From Acidimicrobiales bacterium (GTDB lineage: Bacteria; Actinomycetota; Acidimicrobiia; Acidimicrobiales; SHLQ01), in contig JAHDDK010000002.1 of assembly GCA_020629375.1 (NCBI GenBank), positions 96,720 to 160,719 of the forward strand: 64,000 nucleotides of DNA, read 5' to 3'. The notes beneath the pieces are model-generated. The model had not been told where the DNA came from. It did not search any database and was given only the letters and a program-made list of their open reading frames with translations. The translations under genes and the position numbers were made by a program. Each line of letters begins with the position of its first letter. The stretch's first letter is position 1. Positions 63,209 to 64,000 of the stretch are shown here, piece by piece.

Positions 63209-63583
63209 TCATTCGATTGCGGGCAGCCCCGGATCCTCGAAGCCGTCGTTCCAGAAGTTGAACTCGAATGCACTCAGCATGATGAAGTACACGACCATCG
63301 CGAGGATCAAACCGGCGACGAAGAGCTGGCTGAGGACGTTCGAGTCGAACTTCAGGTGCATGAAGTAGGCGCCGACGATCCAGAACTTGACCGCCATGAG
63401 TGCGAGCAAGCCGACCTTGACGAGGGTTCGGGGCAGGTCCTCTTCGAAGATGAACATGGCGATCTCGACCGCGGTCAAGAAGGCGAGTATGAGCGCGATC
63501 TGGACGTACTTGGCGTCGCTGGGGTGATCGTGATGCTCGTCGTCGTGAGCGTCGTGATCGACGTGGGTGTCGGTGGCGGCCAT
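63209..63583 (-). CDS. ctaF: cytochrome c oxidase subunit IV family protein
   Basis: ATG 63583 preceded by AGGAG. His/Asp-rich N-terminus, then three TM helices (KYVQIALILAFLTAVEIAMF, MHLKFD). Confidence 0.7.
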   Translation of the reverse strand: MAATDTHVDHDAHDDEHHDHPSDAKYVQIALILAFLTAVEIAMFIFEEDLPRTLVKVGLLALMAVKFWIVGAYFMHLKFDSNVLSQLFVAGLILAMVVYFIMLSAFEFNFWNDGFEDPGLPAIE

Positions 63584-63591
63584 CAGATCTC

Positions 63592-64000
63592 CTAGCCGAT
63601 CGGGATGAGGTAGATCACCGTGAAGATGATGACCCACACGATGTCGACGAAGTGCCAGTACAGACCGACGAGTTCGACGGTCTCGCCCTTCTCCTTGCCG
63701 AGACCCGACTTGCGGGTCCCGAACACGGTTCCGAGCAGGATGAGAATGCCCACACTCACGTGTACGCCGTGGAAGCCGGTGAGCGTGTAGAAGGCCGAGG
63801 TCCACGTGTTGGTGCCGAACCCGAGGCCCTCTGCACGGAACACCGTGAACTCATAGACCTGGCCACCGATGAAGACCATGCCGAGGAAGGCAGTGGTGAG
63901 CAGCCAGATGCGGCCGTTGCGCTCGTCGTCACGGTTGACCGCCGAGAGGGCGAGCACCATGGTGAGCGAGCTCATCAACAAGATGAATGAGCTGAGCGAC
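63592..64000 (-). CDS. ctaE: cytochrome c oxidase subunit III; N-terminus beyond window edge
   Basis: C-terminal sequence FYTLTGFHGVHVSVGILIL...LYWHFVDIVWVIIF is diagnostic. The ORF is open to the window end. Confidence 0.85.
   Translation of the reverse strand, partial: SLSSFILLMSSLTMVLALSAVNRDDERNGRIWLLTTAFLGMVFIGGQVYEFTVFRAEGLGFGTNTWTSAFYTLTGFHGVHVSVGILILLGTVFGTRKSGLGKEKGETVELVGLYWHFVDIVWVIIFTVIYLIPIG

Overview
GC-rich (roughly two-thirds G+C by eye, not computed), gene-dense chromosomal segment. I support about 57 CDS and one tRNA-Lys(UUU). I see no rRNA, CRISPR array, cas gene, transposase, integrase or obvious prophage. The gene content points to a high-GC Gram-positive (Actinomycetota-like, possibly Acidimicrobiia-like) chromosome: PAC2, egtB-egtD, a LAXTG sorting signal, ResA/CcdA, ctaE-ctaF-ctaG, twin crcB and Thr-linker lipoproteins. 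The taxon cannot be verified from here. Most genes are housekeeping or metabolic: acyl-CoA carboxylase beta/alpha, AtuA-like, ergothioneine EgtB/EgtD, GlnD, Dut, Orn, PdxH, GuaB, SerS, cytochrome oxidase subunits, two ABC-F ATPases and kynurenine-pathway enzymes. Many long ORFs in the track are antisense shadow ORFs typical of high-GC DNA and were discarded. The observations most worth follow-up are: (1) an orphan 2030-aa secreted multidomain protein (16220-22312) with a C-terminal alpha/beta-hydrolase-like tip and paired palindromic operator-like sites just upstream; (2) an ATGA-coupled ABC operon (45287-50462) whose last gene fuses an ABC ATPase, one transmembrane helix and an extracytoplasmic esterase-D-family domain; (3) a single ORF fusing kynurenine 3-monooxygenase to tryptophan 2,3-dioxygenase; (4) a triplicated two-hairpin module with compensatory base changes next to the tRNA-Lys; (5) a dispersed palindromic repeat family (core GGGTCWGACCC, long form GTAATGAGAGGGTCAGACCCTCTCATTAC) that sits mostly between convergent genes and supplies the stop codons of several CDS. 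All functional calls rest on motif recognition by eye and need profile searches to confirm.
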